Shown one piece after another: positions 37,241 to 47,127 of a stretch of 64,000 nt of DNA. Below the pieces are notes generated by a model that ran no database searches, had not been told where the DNA came from, and saw only the letters and a program-made list of their open reading frames with translations. How positions within the stretch are numbered: position 1 is the first letter of the stretch; the number at the start of each line of letters is the position of its first letter. A program made the translations under genes and the position numbers. The DNA comes from Paracoccaceae bacterium (GTDB lineage: Bacteria; Pseudomonadota; Alphaproteobacteria; Rhodobacterales; Rhodobacteraceae), in the NCBI GenBank assembly GCA_051859505.1, contig JBHYFN010000011.1, positions 30,892 through 94,891 of the forward strand, read 5' to 3'.

Positions 37241-38058
37241 CAGCTTTCCTCCCCTGCATCCGGGGTCTCAGCGGCGGGAGGCTTGCGGGGGGCTGCGGCC
37301 TTGCGTCTTGGGGCCTTGGGCTTTTCGGCCGCCGTCGCGGAGGGTTCCTCAGCCGGGGCCGCCTTCGCCTTGGCGGCCTTTGCCGGGGCCTTCGACTTGG
37401 CGGGCGCCTTCGCCGCAGCCTTTGCCGGAGCCTTCTCCGCAGCCTTCGCCGGGGCCTTCGACTTGGCGGGCGCCTTCGCCGCAGCCTTTGCCGGAGCCTT
37501 CTCCGCAGCCTTCGCCGGAGCCTTCGCGGTCGTCTTTGCCGCCTTTGTCGCCTTCGCCGGAGCCTTCGCCGCGGTTGCAGCCTTCGCCGCCGGTGTCTCC
37601 GCCGCCGCCTCCTCGGAGCCCGCCTTTTCCGCCGCTTCCGCCTCGGCGGCCAGCCGCCGTGCCGTGGCCTCTTCCAGCCGCGCCTTGCGCTCTTCGGCGC
37701 GCTTGGCGGCCAGTTCCGCCGTCGCCCCGCCGGCCTTGTAGGCCGAGGTCTTGCCATCCAGCCCCGAGGTCGCGCCGCGCAGGGACTTGTCCAGACTGTC
37801 CAGCCCCGTCTGCTCGCGCAGCTTGTCCAGCCCATAGGCCTTGGGGTTCGAGGCGGCTTTCAGCGTCTTGTTGATCTCTTTCATCCCGGCATCATCCGCC
37901 GCCGCATCCATCGCCCGCGAAAACTCGCGCGCCATGCCGCGGGCCTTGCCCATGAACCGCCCCACATTGCGGAACATGATCGGCAAGTCCTTGGGCCCGA
38001 CGACGATCAGCGCCACGACGCCGATGATCAGCAGTTCGGTGAAACCGAAATCAAACAT
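37240..38058 (-). CDS. tatB: Twin-arginine translocase subunit TatB with extended Ala/Lys/Pro-repeat C-terminus
   Basis: [26 protein letters not shown] is a canonical TatB N-terminus. The 272 aa are long for the family because of the (A/K/P)-rich repeats [22 protein letters not shown]. Confidence 0.9.
   Translation of the reverse strand: MFDFGFTELLIIGVVALIVVGPKDLPIMFRNVGRFMGKARGMAREFSRAMDAAADDAGMKEINKTLKAASNPKAYGLDKLREQTGLDSLDKSLRGATSGLDGKTSAYKAGGATAELAAKRAEERKARLEEATARRLAAEAEAAEKAGSEEAAAETPAAKAATAAKAPAKATKAAKTTAKAPAKAAEKAPAKAAAKAPAKSKAPAKAAEKAPAKAAAKAPAKSKAPAKAAKAKAAPAEEPSATAAEKPKAPRRKAAAPRKPPAAETPDAGEES
37382..37513. repeat. Perfect 66-bp tandem duplication inside tatB
   Basis: Units 37382-37447 and 37448-37513 read identical (gccggggccttcgacttggcgggcgccttcgccgcagcctttgccggagccttctccgcagccttc). 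Each encodes a 22-aa AKAP-type unit. Degenerate copies flank them. Confidence 0.9.
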
Positions 38059-38117
38059 GGATCACGCCTTTTGCCGGATCGGTCCGACCCGGTTTAGTTC
38101 CCGTTTCAAGCCCCGTC

Positions 38118-38333
38118 TCAAACCTTGTCCTTGTCCTCGGCGGGCGTCACGTCGCGGGCGGCTTCGGCGGTTTCGTCCTCAAGCTCTTTCTTGCCCTCGT
38201 CCACGCCCTTCTTGAAGGCGGTGATTCCCTTGCCGACCTCGCCCATCAGCGAGGCGATCTTGCCGCGTCCGAACAGGACCAGCACCACGACCGCGATCAG
38301 AAGCAGGCCCAGCGGGCCGATGTTGTTCAGCAT
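38118..38333 (-). CDS. tatA: Twin-arginine translocase subunit TatA
   Basis: 71 aa from internal ATG: [43 protein letters not shown]. Confidence 0.93.
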   Translation of the reverse strand: MLNNIGPLGLLLIAVVVLVLFGRGKIASLMGEVGKGITAFKKGVDEGKKELEDETAEAARDVTPAEDKDKV

Positions 38334-38510
38334 CCCGATTTCTCCCTGGATCTGCAGATGGCCCTGATGGCCACGAGGGGAGAGCCTAGGCAAAGCGGCG
38401 GGGAACCGAAAGGCCCCGACCCCGCCGATCCGCCGTCAACGCTGGTCGAGGCGAGGATTTTGTGACACAAACCTGTCAGGAGCAAAGCCACCCCCCGGAA
38501 GGCCCCCCCG

Positions 38511-39185
38511 ATGCGCCGCAGCGACCGCCTGTCAGACCTGTTGCAGATCCTGCGCGACGGCCGCTTGCACCGGGCCGAGGATTTGGCCCTGCGGCTGGGC
38601 GTGACGCCGCGCACCATCTATCGCGACATGGAGACGCTGGCCGCCTCGGGCATTCCGGTCGCGGGCGCGCGCGGGCGCGGCTACCGCGCCACCGCCCCGG
38701 TGACGCTGCCGCCCCTGAACCTGAGCCTGGCCGAGCTCGAGGCGCTGCATGTCGGCCTCGCGGTGCTGGCCGATGCGGCACAGGACGATCTGCGCGACGC
38801 GGCAGCAAGCCTTGCGGCCAAGATCGACGCGGCCCTGCCCGAGGATCAGGACAGCCTGCCCGCCGCCACGGCCTTTGCCCTGCCCCCCTTCGCCGATGCG
38901 CGCGCCGGGTTTCGCCACGCCCCCCCGATCCGCGCCGCGATCCGCGCCCGGCAAAAGCTGTCGCTCCGCTACCGCGAGGCCGATGGCGCCCTGAGCGACC
39001 AGACGATCCGCCCGCTGCGCGTCGATTACTGGGGCCGGCTGTGGAGCGTCACGGCCTGGTGCGAGCGTCGGGGCGGCTTCGCCCGGTTCCGCCTTGAACG
39101 GATCGAGGCGCTGAAGCTCTTGCCGCAGCTTTTCGTGGACGAGCCGGGCAAGACCCTTGCCGATCACGACGCGAGCCAGAGGTAG
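38511..39185 (+). CDS. YafY-family transcriptional regulator (HTH + WYL domain)
   Basis: 224 aa. RSDRLSDLLQILRDGRLHRAEDLALRLGVTPRTIYRDMETL (HTH_11) and a WYL-type C-terminus (LRVDYWGRLWSVTAWCERRGGFARFRLERI). Confidence 0.85.
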   Translation: MRRSDRLSDLLQILRDGRLHRAEDLALRLGVTPRTIYRDMETLAASGIPVAGARGRGYRATAPVTLPPLNLSLAELEALHVGLAVLADAAQDDLRDAAASLAAKIDAALPEDQDSLPAATAFALPPFADARAGFRHAPPIRAAIRARQKLSLRYREADGALSDQTIRPLRVDYWGRLWSVTAWCERRGGFARFRLERIEALKLLPQLFVDEPGKTLADHDASQR

Positions 39186-39217
39186 ACCGAGCGCCTGTCC
39201 GCCGGCCCTAGGGGCCT

Positions 39218-39724
39218 TCACTCGCCGAACAGCGTTTCGGCATCGACCCGGCCAAGGTTGCGCAGAAGCTGGCGGACAAAGGTGGTGTCGCGCACATTCT
39301 CGGTCGTCACCCGGCGCGACAGGACCACGACCTGCCCATTCGCAAGCCCGAACCTCTCGATATTGCGCAGGGCGCCGGCCCCGTCGAAGCTGATGGCAAG
39401 GACGGTGCGGTCGATCTCTTCGGGGGCGAGGAAGCCGAAATGCCGGAACCGGCTTTCGATATAGTAGAAATCCGTCTCGTCGATCAGCCCCGCCACACCG
39501 GGCGCGCCCACGGCGGCGATCACGCTTTCGCGCGTGTCGACGCCCACCTGCAGCTGGGCCAGCTCGCTTTCGGGCGGCACATAGCCGTGATCGCGGTACA
39601 GCGGCGTGCAGCCGACCATCAGCGCCAGCGACGCCGCCGCAAGCAAGGGCGCCACGACAGGCACAAGGCGCCGCGCGCGCTGCGAGATTTCGCCTTGCAA
39701 GGCCATGGCCCGCCTGCCCATCAT
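39218..39724 (-). CDS. bamE: Outer-membrane protein assembly factor BamE (SmpA/OmlA lipoprotein)
   Basis: Lipobox LALMVGC, GYVPPESELAQLQVGVDTRESV. An alternative start is possible at the internal MALQ. Confidence 0.8.
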   Translation of the reverse strand: MMGRRAMALQGEISQRARRLVPVVAPLLAAASLALMVGCTPLYRDHGYVPPESELAQLQVGVDTRESVIAAVGAPGVAGLIDETDFYYIESRFRHFGFLAPEEIDRTVLAISFDGAGALRNIERFGLANGQVVVLSRRVTTENVRDTTFVRQLLRNLGRVDAETLFGE

Positions 39725-39809
39725 CGACCCCTGCCCTCTTGCCTTGTGCCCGAACGGCTTTTATCGGGCTTACAGCAAGCACGGCCCCCTGTTCAAGAAA
39801 GGAAGCGTC

Positions 39810-40436
39810 ATGCCCCCTTCTCAGGCCGATCACGACAGCGCGGGAGGGCCAGGCCGGATCATCCGGCTCGCCGATCTGTCGCGCCGGCGCGACACCTCTT
39901 TCACGCTGGAACCCGATGCCCCGGCCCGCGCCGCCATCGCCGCCGAGCTGGGCATACCGGCGATCCGCAAGCTGCGCCTGTCGGGCCATCTCGAGGCGGT
40001 GGGGCGGGCCGACTGGCGGCTGGTGGCCGATCTGGGCGCGACGGTGGTGCAGGACTGCGTCGTCACGCTCGCCCCCGTCGTCACCCGCATCGACGAGGAG
40101 GTGCGCCGCCAGTTCGTCGAAGGCTTCACCGATCCGGGCCCCGGCGAGGTCGAGATGCCCGAGGATGACACGCTCGAACCCCTGCCCCAGACCCTTGATC
40201 TGGGCGCGGTGATGATCGAGGCGCTGGCCCTTGCCCTGCCGCCCTGGCCGCGGGCGGAAGGCGCCGAACTGCCCCCCGTGACGGTCAGCGATCCCGGCAC
40301 CGAACCCCTGACCGATGCGGCGCTGCGCCCCTTCGCCGGGCTGAAAGCCGCCCTTGGCCTGCCCGAGGGCGATGCGGACGACCCCGAGGACACAGGCCGC
40401 GAGGACACAGGAGAAGAAGGCGAAGGCCGCGCCTGA
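39810..40436 (+). CDS. yceD: YceD/DUF177 family protein
   Basis: Start at internal ATG with SD aaaggaag. Acidic C-terminus. Conserved position upstream of rpmF-plsX-fabH. DLGAVMIEALALALP motif. Confidence 0.8.
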   Translation: MPPSQADHDSAGGPGRIIRLADLSRRRDTSFTLEPDAPARAAIAAELGIPAIRKLRLSGHLEAVGRADWRLVADLGATVVQDCVVTLAPVVTRIDEEVRRQFVEGFTDPGPGEVEMPEDDTLEPLPQTLDLGAVMIEALALALPPWPRAEGAELPPVTVSDPGTEPLTDAALRPFAGLKAALGLPEGDADDPEDTGREDTGEEGEGRA

Positions 40437-40456
40437 AACGGGCGGCCCGATACCTC

Positions 40457-40484
40457 TTGCACTTCGCGGGAAGGGCAGTATTTA
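40457..40484 (+). promoter_or_regulatory. Candidate sigma70-type promoter for rpmF-plsX-fabH (TTGCAC-16 nt-TATTTA)
   Basis: Hexamers read directly at 40457-40462 and 40479-40484, about 130 nt upstream of rpmF. Sequence match only. Confidence 0.3.
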
Positions 40485-40613
40485 AGGCGCTCTCCTGACT
40501 CGCGGCTCGACAGCGGTTGCGCAGACGTGTAAAGCGCGCGGGACATCGTTGTGACACTTGCATGACGACGACGAAACTGGGCCTTCGGCCCGCCGGAACC
40601 CAGAGGTTGTGAC

Positions 40614-40820
40614 ATGGCCGTCCCACAGAACAAAGTCTCCAAGGCCCGCAAGGGCGACCGCCGCTCGCATGATGCGCTTGTGGCTGCAAATCCCAATGAA
40701 TGCGCCAATTGCGGCGAACTGAAGCGTCCGCATCACGTTTGCCCCTCCTGCGGGCATTACGCGGCACGCGAAGTCGTGGCGATGACGACCGAGGTCGATC
40801 TGGACGACGAGGCAGCGTAA
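40614..40820 (+). CDS. rpmF: 50S ribosomal protein L32
   Basis: [22 protein letters not shown]... with CxxC...CxxC. Confidence 0.95.
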   Translation: MAVPQNKVSKARKGDRRSHDALVAANPNECANCGELKRPHHVCPSCGHYAAREVVAMTTEVDLDDEAA

Positions 40821-40836
40821 GCTGCCTCTGCGGGTC

Positions 40837-42006
40837 ATGGCGGCGCCCAATCAGGCAAACTCTCCGTCACTGGCCCCCGGGTCGGCGGCCGTCATTTCGC
40901 TGGATGCGATGGGCGGCGACAACGGGCCTGCGGCGGTCGTCGCGGGCCTTGCGCGTTTCCTGGAGAAGGCAGCGGGCGTTACCGTCCTTCTGCATGGCCC
41001 GGCCGAAACGCTGACCCCGCTGGTCGCGCGGCGCCGGATCGCGGACCGCGTGCGCATCGTCGATGTGCCCGGCGTGGTCGCCATGACCGACAAGCCCAGC
41101 CAGGTGATGCGCAACGGCAAGGACACGTCGATGTGGTCCTCGATCGAGGCGGTCCGCTCGGGCGAGGCCTCGATCTGTGTCAGCTGCGGCAATACCGGGG
41201 CGCTGATGGCCATCGCCATGCTGCGCCTGCGCAAGGCCGAGGGCGTGAACCGCCCCGCCATCGCCTGCCTCTGGCCCTCGCGCAATCCCGGCGGGTTCAA
41301 CCTGATGCTGGACGCCGGCGCCGATATCAAGGCCGATGCCGACGACCTCTTGACCTATGCGCTGATGGGCGCCTCTTACGCGCGCAACGGCCTTGGCATC
41401 AGCCGCCCCCGCGTCGGCCTGCTGAATGTGGGGGTCGAGGAACACAAGGGCCGGGCCGAGCTGAAATCCGCCCATGACCTGATCGCCGAGGCCGCCCCGC
41501 GCGGCGATTTCGACTATATCGGCTTTGTCGAGGGGGGCGACCTGCCCTCGGCCCGGGTGGATGTGATCGTGACCGACGGCTTCACCGGCAATGTCGCGCT
41601 GAAAACCGGCGAGGGGACGGCGACGCTGATCTCGGAGCTTTTGCGCGAAGCCTTCAACAAGACCCCGCTCTCGCGCATCGCGGCGCTCTTGGCGATGACC
41701 TCGCTGGGGCGGCTGAAGAAGCGGATCGACCCGCGGCGCGTCAATGGCGGCGTGTTCCTCGGGCTGAACGGCACGGTGGTGAAAAGCCACGGCTCGGCCG
41801 ATGAAACCGGCGTTGCCGCAGCGCTTTTGCTGGCCAACCGGCTGGCCGCCTCGGGCTTTTCCGCCAAGCTGGCCGCCCGCGTGGCCAGTGCTACGGCACT
41901 CGCCGAGCGCCCCGCCGAAGCGGCGCCGGCAGAACCGCCGCCGCCTGAAGACGAAGACACACAGACGACCGGCCTTGTCGGGCCGGAGATTGCAGGGAAG
42001 GCATGA
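40837..42006 (+). CDS. plsX: Phosphate acyltransferase PlsX
   Basis: 389 aa. SLDAMGGDNGP, SCGNTGALMA, TDGFTGNVALKT. Confidence 0.95.
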   Translation: MAAPNQANSPSLAPGSAAVISLDAMGGDNGPAAVVAGLARFLEKAAGVTVLLHGPAETLTPLVARRRIADRVRIVDVPGVVAMTDKPSQVMRNGKDTSMWSSIEAVRSGEASICVSCGNTGALMAIAMLRLRKAEGVNRPAIACLWPSRNPGGFNLMLDAGADIKADADDLLTYALMGASYARNGLGISRPRVGLLNVGVEEHKGRAELKSAHDLIAEAAPRGDFDYIGFVEGGDLPSARVDVIVTDGFTGNVALKTGEGTATLISELLREAFNKTPLSRIAALLAMTSLGRLKKRIDPRRVNGGVFLGLNGTVVKSHGSADETGVAAALLLANRLAASGFSAKLAARVASATALAERPAEAAPAEPPPPEDEDTQTTGLVGPEIAGKA

Positions 42007-42974
42007 CGATACGCGCCGTGGTAAAGGGTGTCGGGCACTATCTGCCCGAACGGGTTGTGCCCAATTCCGAATTCGAAGCCTCGCTTGATACGACAGACGA
42101 ATGGATCCGGTCGCGCTCGGGGATCGAGCGGCGCCATTTCGCCGCCCCCGACGAGACCACCTCCTCCATGGCCACAGAGGCCGCCGAACGCGCGCTGGCC
42201 GCGGCCGGGCTTGAGGCTCAGGATATCGACGCCATCGTCATGGCGACCTCGACGGCGGATTTCACCTTCCCCTCGGCCGCGACCATGGTGCAGGCCGGGC
42301 TTGGCATGAAGGGCGGCTTCGCCTTCGACGTGCAGGCCGTCTGCGCCGGTTTCGTCTATGCGCTGGCCAATGCCAATGCGCTGATCCTCTCGGGCACCGC
42401 GCGGCGCGTCCTGGTGATCGGGGCCGAGACATTCTCCCGCCTGATGGACTGGACCGACCGGTCGACCTGCGTGCTGTTCGGCGACGGGGCCGGCGCCCTG
42501 ATCCTCGAGGCCGAGGAGGGCGCGGGCACCTCGGCCGATCGCGGCATCCTTGCTTCTGACCTGCATTCCGACGGGCGCTACCGCGATCTTCTGCATGTGG
42601 ATGGCGGCGTTTCGACCGGAACGACCGGGCATCTGCGCATGCAGGGCAAGGAAGTCTTCCGCCATGCCGTCGAGAAGCTGGCCGAAACCGCCCATGCCGC
42701 GCTGGACAAGGCGGGGCTTGGCAGCGGGGATGTGGACTGGATCGTGCCGCATCAGGCCAATCTGCGCATCATCTCGGCCACGGCGCAGCGGATGCAGGTG
42801 CCGATGGAGCGGGTCGTCGTCACCGTTCAGGACCATGGCAACACCTCGGCCGCCTCGATTCCCCTGGCGCTTTCGGTGGGGGTGGAGCGGGGCCAGATCC
42901 GGCCCGGCAACCTCATCGTCACCGAGGCGATCGGCGGCGGTCTGAGCTGGGGTGCGGTGGTCCTGCGCTGGTAG
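42003..42974 (+). CDS. fabH: Beta-ketoacyl-ACP synthase III
   Basis: 323 aa. Active-site AVCAGF, HQANLRI, GNTSAASIP. ATGA overlap with plsX. Confidence 0.95.
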   Translation: MTIRAVVKGVGHYLPERVVPNSEFEASLDTTDEWIRSRSGIERRHFAAPDETTSSMATEAAERALAAAGLEAQDIDAIVMATSTADFTFPSAATMVQAGLGMKGGFAFDVQAVCAGFVYALANANALILSGTARRVLVIGAETFSRLMDWTDRSTCVLFGDGAGALILEAEEGAGTSADRGILASDLHSDGRYRDLLHVDGGVSTGTTGHLRMQGKEVFRHAVEKLAETAHAALDKAGLGSGDVDWIVPHQANLRIISATAQRMQVPMERVVVTVQDHGNTSAASIPLALSVGVERGQIRPGNLIVTEAIGGGLSWGAVVLRW

Positions 42975-43065
42975 CGAAAAGGCGCCTCAAGGCCGCGCTA
43001 CAAGCCCTTGATATTGACTCCAATTTGAAGCGCAGCCTAATGTCGCTCCAAACAGGGGGTGCGTG

Positions 43066-43368
43066 ATGGCTGACAAGACCTTGACCCGGATGGATCTGGC
43101 GGAAGCCGTGCACCGCGAGGTGGGCCTGTCGCGCAACGACAGCGCCGAGCTTGTCGAATCCGTGCTGCGGCATGTTTCCGATGCGCTGGTGGCCGGCGAA
43201 ACGGTCAAGATCTCGTCCTTCGGCACCTTCTCGACCCGCGAGAAATCGGCCCGGATCGGTCGCAATCCCAAAACCGGCGAAGAAGTGCCGATCCATCCCC
43301 GGCGGGTTCTGACCTTCCGATCCTCGCATCTGATGAAGGATCGGATCGCCGCCGGCAACAAGAAGTGA
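43066..43368 (+). CDS. ihfA: Integration host factor subunit alpha
   Basis: [15 protein letters not shown]...[12 protein letters not shown]. The ORF-track start at 43063 is GTG. The ATG at 43066 follows SD aggggg. Confidence 0.93.
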   Translation: MADKTLTRMDLAEAVHREVGLSRNDSAELVESVLRHVSDALVAGETVKISSFGTFSTREKSARIGRNPKTGEEVPIHPRRVLTFRSSHLMKDRIAAGNKK

Positions 43369-43441
43369 CGGCCGCCGGAACGCCACGGCCGCCCGGATCC
43401 GGACGGCGGCCTGCCGCAGCATGAACGGGATCTGACGCGGA

Positions 43442-44215
43442 ATGAGCAAATCCCCCGAGGCCTTCCGGACGATCAGCGAAGTGGCCGACTGGCTGGATAC
43501 GCCGGCCCATGTCCTGCGGTTCTGGGAAAGCAAGTTCAGCCAGATCAAGCCGGTCAAGCGCGCCGGCGGCCGCCGCTACTACCGCCCCGAGGATATGGCG
43601 CTTCTGGCCGGGATCAAGCTGCTGCTGCATGAACAGGGCATGACGATCAAGGGGGTGCAGAAGCTGCTTCGGGAAAAGGGCGTGCGCCATGTCGCCGATC
43701 AGGCGGCGGGCCTGGCGCCGGACCCGGCAGAGGGCGGCGCCTTCGCCGATCCCGCGCCGCCGATCTCCCCGCCGATCTCCATGACGCCGGACCGCAGCGC
43801 CGAGCAGCGGATGCCGCCCGCCCCCGATGCCGCCGGGCAGGAGTTCTCGCCTCCGCCCCCCGCAGGACCACGGGCTGCGATGCCGCCTCCCGAGCCGCTT
43901 CCCGAACCCCTGCCGATGCATGCCGCGCGCCCGCCGCAGCTGCCTCCGCTTCAGGCGGGCACGATGCCGCCCCGCCCCGCCCCGCCCGAAAGGCGCCAAG
44001 GCGGCGCGGCGCCTCCCCCTCCTGCAGACCAGGCGGCGCGGCCGGCCGCGCGCGGTATCCCCGCCCTGCCCGATCCCCGCCCCGCCGCCCCGGGTCTTTT
44101 GTCAAAGCTGGCACGGATGCAGGGCACCCTGCGCCCCGCCCAGGCACGGGCCCTCGCCCCGCTGGTTCGGGATCTTGCCGCATTGCGCGACCGCCTCCGG
44201 CAGGATCCGGCCTGA
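43442..44215 (+). CDS. MerR-family transcriptional regulator with Pro-rich C-terminal tail
   Basis: [45 protein letters not shown] is a MerR HTH. Conserved position downstream of ihfA. Confidence 0.85.
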   Translation: MSKSPEAFRTISEVADWLDTPAHVLRFWESKFSQIKPVKRAGGRRYYRPEDMALLAGIKLLLHEQGMTIKGVQKLLREKGVRHVADQAAGLAPDPAEGGAFADPAPPISPPISMTPDRSAEQRMPPAPDAAGQEFSPPPPAGPRAAMPPPEPLPEPLPMHAARPPQLPPLQAGTMPPRPAPPERRQGGAAPPPPADQAARPAARGIPALPDPRPAAPGLLSKLARMQGTLRPAQARALAPLVRDLAALRDRLRQDPA

Positions 44216-44299
44216 GCGAACCCGGCTCCGGCAGAAGCGAAGACAAGCCCCGTTTTCCGGCTTGCCCTTGCCCGCGAAACCCGTCAAAAGGCCCGCAGT

Positions 44300-44376
44300 C
44301 GGGCTATAGCGCAGCCTGGTAGCGCGTCCGTCTGGGGGACGGAAGGTCGCAGGTTCAAGTCCTGCTAGCCCGACCA
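44300..44376 (+). tRNA. tRNA-Pro (anticodon GGG)
   Basis: Hand-folded cloverleaf: acceptor CGGGCTA/TAGCCCG, D stem GCGC/GCGC, anticodon stem TCCGT/ACGGA with loop CTGGGGG, T stem GCAGG/CCTGC with loop TTCAAGT, 3-prime ACCA. 77 nt. Confidence 0.92.
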
Positions 44377-44381
44377 GAATA

Positions 44382-44409
44382 CCCGCCGCGCATCCCGCGG
44401 CGGGTTTTT
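44382..44409 (+). terminator. Rho-independent terminator after tRNA-Pro
   Basis: cccgccgcg-catcc-cgcggcggg (9-bp GC stem) followed by TTTTT. Confidence 0.8.
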
Positions 44410-44428
44410 GCTGAGAGGGGATGTGATC

Positions 44429-45523
44429 GTGTCAGAGGCCATGGGCATCCTGCCGTGTCAGACGATCCGGGCCATGCTTGATGCGGGCGCGATCACCACC
44501 GAAACCACCACCGAAACCGGCCTCGCACCGAACCAGATCCAGCCCGCCAGCCTTGACCTGCGGCTGGGCTCCGTCGCCTACCGGGTCAGGGCCTCTTTCC
44601 TGGCGGGTGCCGGGCGAACCGTCGCCGAACGGCTGGCCGAGTTCGAGATGCACCGGGTCGATCTCAGCAAAGGGGCCGTGCTCGAAAAGGGCTGCGTCTA
44701 TGTCGTGCCGCTGATGGAGGGGCTGGCCCTACCGCCCGATATCGCCGCGGTCGCCAATGCCAAATCCTCGACCGGACGGCTTGACCTCCTGACCCGCACC
44801 ATCACCGATGGTGGGGCGGAATTCGACAGGATCCCGGCCGGCTATCGCGGGCCGCTCTATGCCGAGATCTGCCCGCGGTCCTTCTCGGTCCTGGTGCGTC
44901 CCGGCATGCGGCTGAACCAGATCCGCTTTCGCCGCGGCGATGCCGTGCTGGACGATGCGGCGCTGCGCCGGCTGCATGCGACGACGCCGCTGGTGCCGGA
45001 CGAGGCGGTGATCACGGGGGGGCTGGGCTTTTCGGTCGATCTGGCACCGGCCGAGGGGACGCTGGTCGGCTGGCGGGCCAAACCGCATACCGGGGTGATC
45101 GACCTCGACCTGATCGGCCATTACGAGGCGGCGGCCTATTGGGAGCCGATCCACAGTTCCGAGGCCCGGATCATCCTCGATCCCGGCGCTTTCTACATCC
45201 TGGTCAGCCGCGAGGCGGTGACGATCCCGCCGGATCACGCCGCCGAAATGGCACCCTATCTGGCCATGGTGGGCGAATTCCGGGTGCATTACGCGGGGTT
45301 CTTCGATCCCGGCTTCGGCTGGGCCGCGGCCGGAGGGGCGGGATCGCGCGGTGTGCTTGAAGTGCGCTGCCACGAAGCACCCTTCGTGCTGGAACACGGG
45401 CAGATCGTCGGCCGGCTGGTCTATGAGCGGATGGCCGAAGTGCCCGACACGCTTTACGGCACGGGGATCGCCTCGAATTACCAGGGGCAGGGCCTGAAAC
45501 TGTCAAAGCAGTTCCGGACCTGA
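44429..45523 (+). CDS. 2-prime-deoxycytidine 5-prime-triphosphate deaminase (large DCD family)
   Basis: GILPCQTIRAML...IQPASLDLRLG...AKSSTGRLD is repeated in a two-lobe architecture. The start is ambiguous: GTG at 44423 or 44429, or ATG at 44441, after SD gagagggg. Confidence 0.82.
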   Translation: MSEAMGILPCQTIRAMLDAGAITTETTTETGLAPNQIQPASLDLRLGSVAYRVRASFLAGAGRTVAERLAEFEMHRVDLSKGAVLEKGCVYVVPLMEGLALPPDIAAVANAKSSTGRLDLLTRTITDGGAEFDRIPAGYRGPLYAEICPRSFSVLVRPGMRLNQIRFRRGDAVLDDAALRRLHATTPLVPDEAVITGGLGFSVDLAPAEGTLVGWRAKPHTGVIDLDLIGHYEAAAYWEPIHSSEARIILDPGAFYILVSREAVTIPPDHAAEMAPYLAMVGEFRVHYAGFFDPGFGWAAAGGAGSRGVLEVRCHEAPFVLEHGQIVGRLVYERMAEVPDTLYGTGIASNYQGQGLKLSKQFRT

Positions 45524-45533
45524 CGCCGGGGAG

Positions 45534-45579
45534 GGCCGAATTTGCAAAATTCGGCCGCCGGAATTTTGCAAATTCCGGC
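45534..45579. repeat. Two tandem Family-2 hairpins (ggccgaattt-gca-aaattcggcc; gccggaattt-tgc-aaattccggc)
   Basis: Two perfect 10-bp stems with 3-nt loops, read directly, between the convergent dcd-like and lpdA genes. Confidence 0.88.
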
Positions 45580-45602
45580 CCCCCTCACACCCCGCGTTGC
45601 CC

Positions 45603-46997
45603 TCAGAAATGCAGCGCGCGGCCGTAGGCGTCGAGCACCGATTCGTGCATCATCTCGGACAGGGTCGGATGCGGAAAGACCGTCTCCATCAACTCCGCTT
45701 CCGTCGTCTCGAGCGTGCGGCCCACCACATAGCCCTGGATCAGCTCCGTCACCTCGGCGCCCACCATATGCGCCCCCAGAAGCTCGCCCGTCTTCGCGTC
45801 GAAGATCGTCTTGACCATTCCCTCCGGCTCTCCCAGCGCGATGGCCTTGCCATTACCGATGAAAGGGAAGCGGCCGACCCGGATCTCGTGACCGTCCGCC
45901 CTGGCCTTTTCCTCGGTCATTCCGACGCTGGCGACCTGCGGATGGCAATAGGTGCACCCGGCGATGGACCCCGGCTTGATCGGATGCGGATGGCCGCCCG
46001 CGATCAGCTCGGCCACCATCACACCCTCATGGCTGGCCTTGTGCGCAAGCCAGGGCGCACCGGCCAGATCGCCGATCGCATAGACCCCGTCGACCCCGGT
46101 CCGGCAATATGCGTCGGTCACGACATGGGTCCGGTCGACCTTGATCCCGGCCTCTTCCAGCCCCAACCCCTCGACATTGCCGACGATGCCCACGGCCGAG
46201 ATGACCGTGTCGAACGCGCGCGTCTCGGTCTTGCCGCCGGCCTCAATATGGGCGGTCACCTTGCCCTTGGCGCGGTCGAGCTTCTTCACCGTCGCCTTCT
46301 CGAGGATGGTCATGCCCTGCTTGACGAACTGCTTTCTGGCGAAGGCGCTGATCTCGGCATCCTCGACGGGCAGGATGCGGTCCATCACTTCGACCACGGT
46401 CGTCTTCGCGCCCAAGGTATTGTAGAAGCTGGCGAATTCGATGCCGATCGCGCCCGAGCCGATGACCAGAAGATCCTTCGGCATCCGCGGCGGCACGAGG
46501 GCATGGCGATAGGTCCAGACCAGATCGCCATCCGCCTCGAGCCCGGGCAATTCGCGCGCCCGCGCGCCGGTGGCCAGAACGATGGCGGGGGCGGACAGCG
46601 CCTCTTCGCCCTTGTCGGTGGTCACCTCGACCCGGCCCTTTCCCGCAAGCCGCGCCGTGCCCATCACCACCGTGATCTTGTTCTTCTTCATCAGATGGCC
46701 GATTCCACCCGACAATTGCCCGGCCACGGCGCGCGAGCGTTTGACCACCGCGTCCAGATCATAGGAAATCCCGGTCGCCGAGAGGCCGAATTCCTTGGCC
46801 CGATGCATCAGGTGGAACACTTCCGAGGACCGCAGCATCGCCTTGGTCGGGATGCAGCCCCAGTTCAGGCAGATGCCGCCAAGGTTCTCCTTCTCGATGA
46901 TGGCGACCTTCAGCCCCAGCTGCGCCGCACGGATCGCCGCCACATAGCCCCCGGGGCCCGCGCCGATCACGATCATGTCGAAAGTCCTGGCCGCCAT
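45603..46997 (-). CDS. lpdA: Dihydrolipoyl dehydrogenase
   Basis: Start at internal ATG: MAARTFDMIVIGAGPGGYVAAIRAAQLG, redox CLNWGCIPTK, C-terminal HPTLSE. Confidence 0.93.
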   Translation of the reverse strand: MAARTFDMIVIGAGPGGYVAAIRAAQLGLKVAIIEKENLGGICLNWGCIPTKAMLRSSEVFHLMHRAKEFGLSATGISYDLDAVVKRSRAVAGQLSGGIGHLMKKNKITVVMGTARLAGKGRVEVTTDKGEEALSAPAIVLATGARARELPGLEADGDLVWTYRHALVPPRMPKDLLVIGSGAIGIEFASFYNTLGAKTTVVEVMDRILPVEDAEISAFARKQFVKQGMTILEKATVKKLDRAKGKVTAHIEAGGKTETRAFDTVISAVGIVGNVEGLGLEEAGIKVDRTHVVTDAYCRTGVDGVYAIGDLAGAPWLAHKASHEGVMVAELIAGGHPHPIKPGSIAGCTYCHPQVASVGMTEEKARADGHEIRVGRFPFIGNGKAIALGEPEGMVKTIFDAKTGELLGAHMVGAEVTELIQGYVVGRTLETTEAELMETVFPHPTLSEMMHESVLDAYGRALHF

Positions 46998-47127
46998 CAC
47001 ATTCTCCCACGATCGTTCGGTCGCCCGCGCAAAACTGGTGGGCAAAACTGGTTTGACGTTAAACCAGTTTCGCGCAGACGACCAGAGACGACCCCGCATG
47101 GCAGCCATTCATGCGGCGAAGGCCCGG

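Noticed and set aside
36747-37874. Several long ORFs in alternative frames or strands over tatB-tatC (362 aa minus, 302 aa and 294 aa plus)
   Set aside because: They are products of the repetitive GC-rich tatB tail read in other frames (RRR/PRR or AFA repeats). The TatB and TatC frames have canonical N-termini and overlap-coupled stops and starts.
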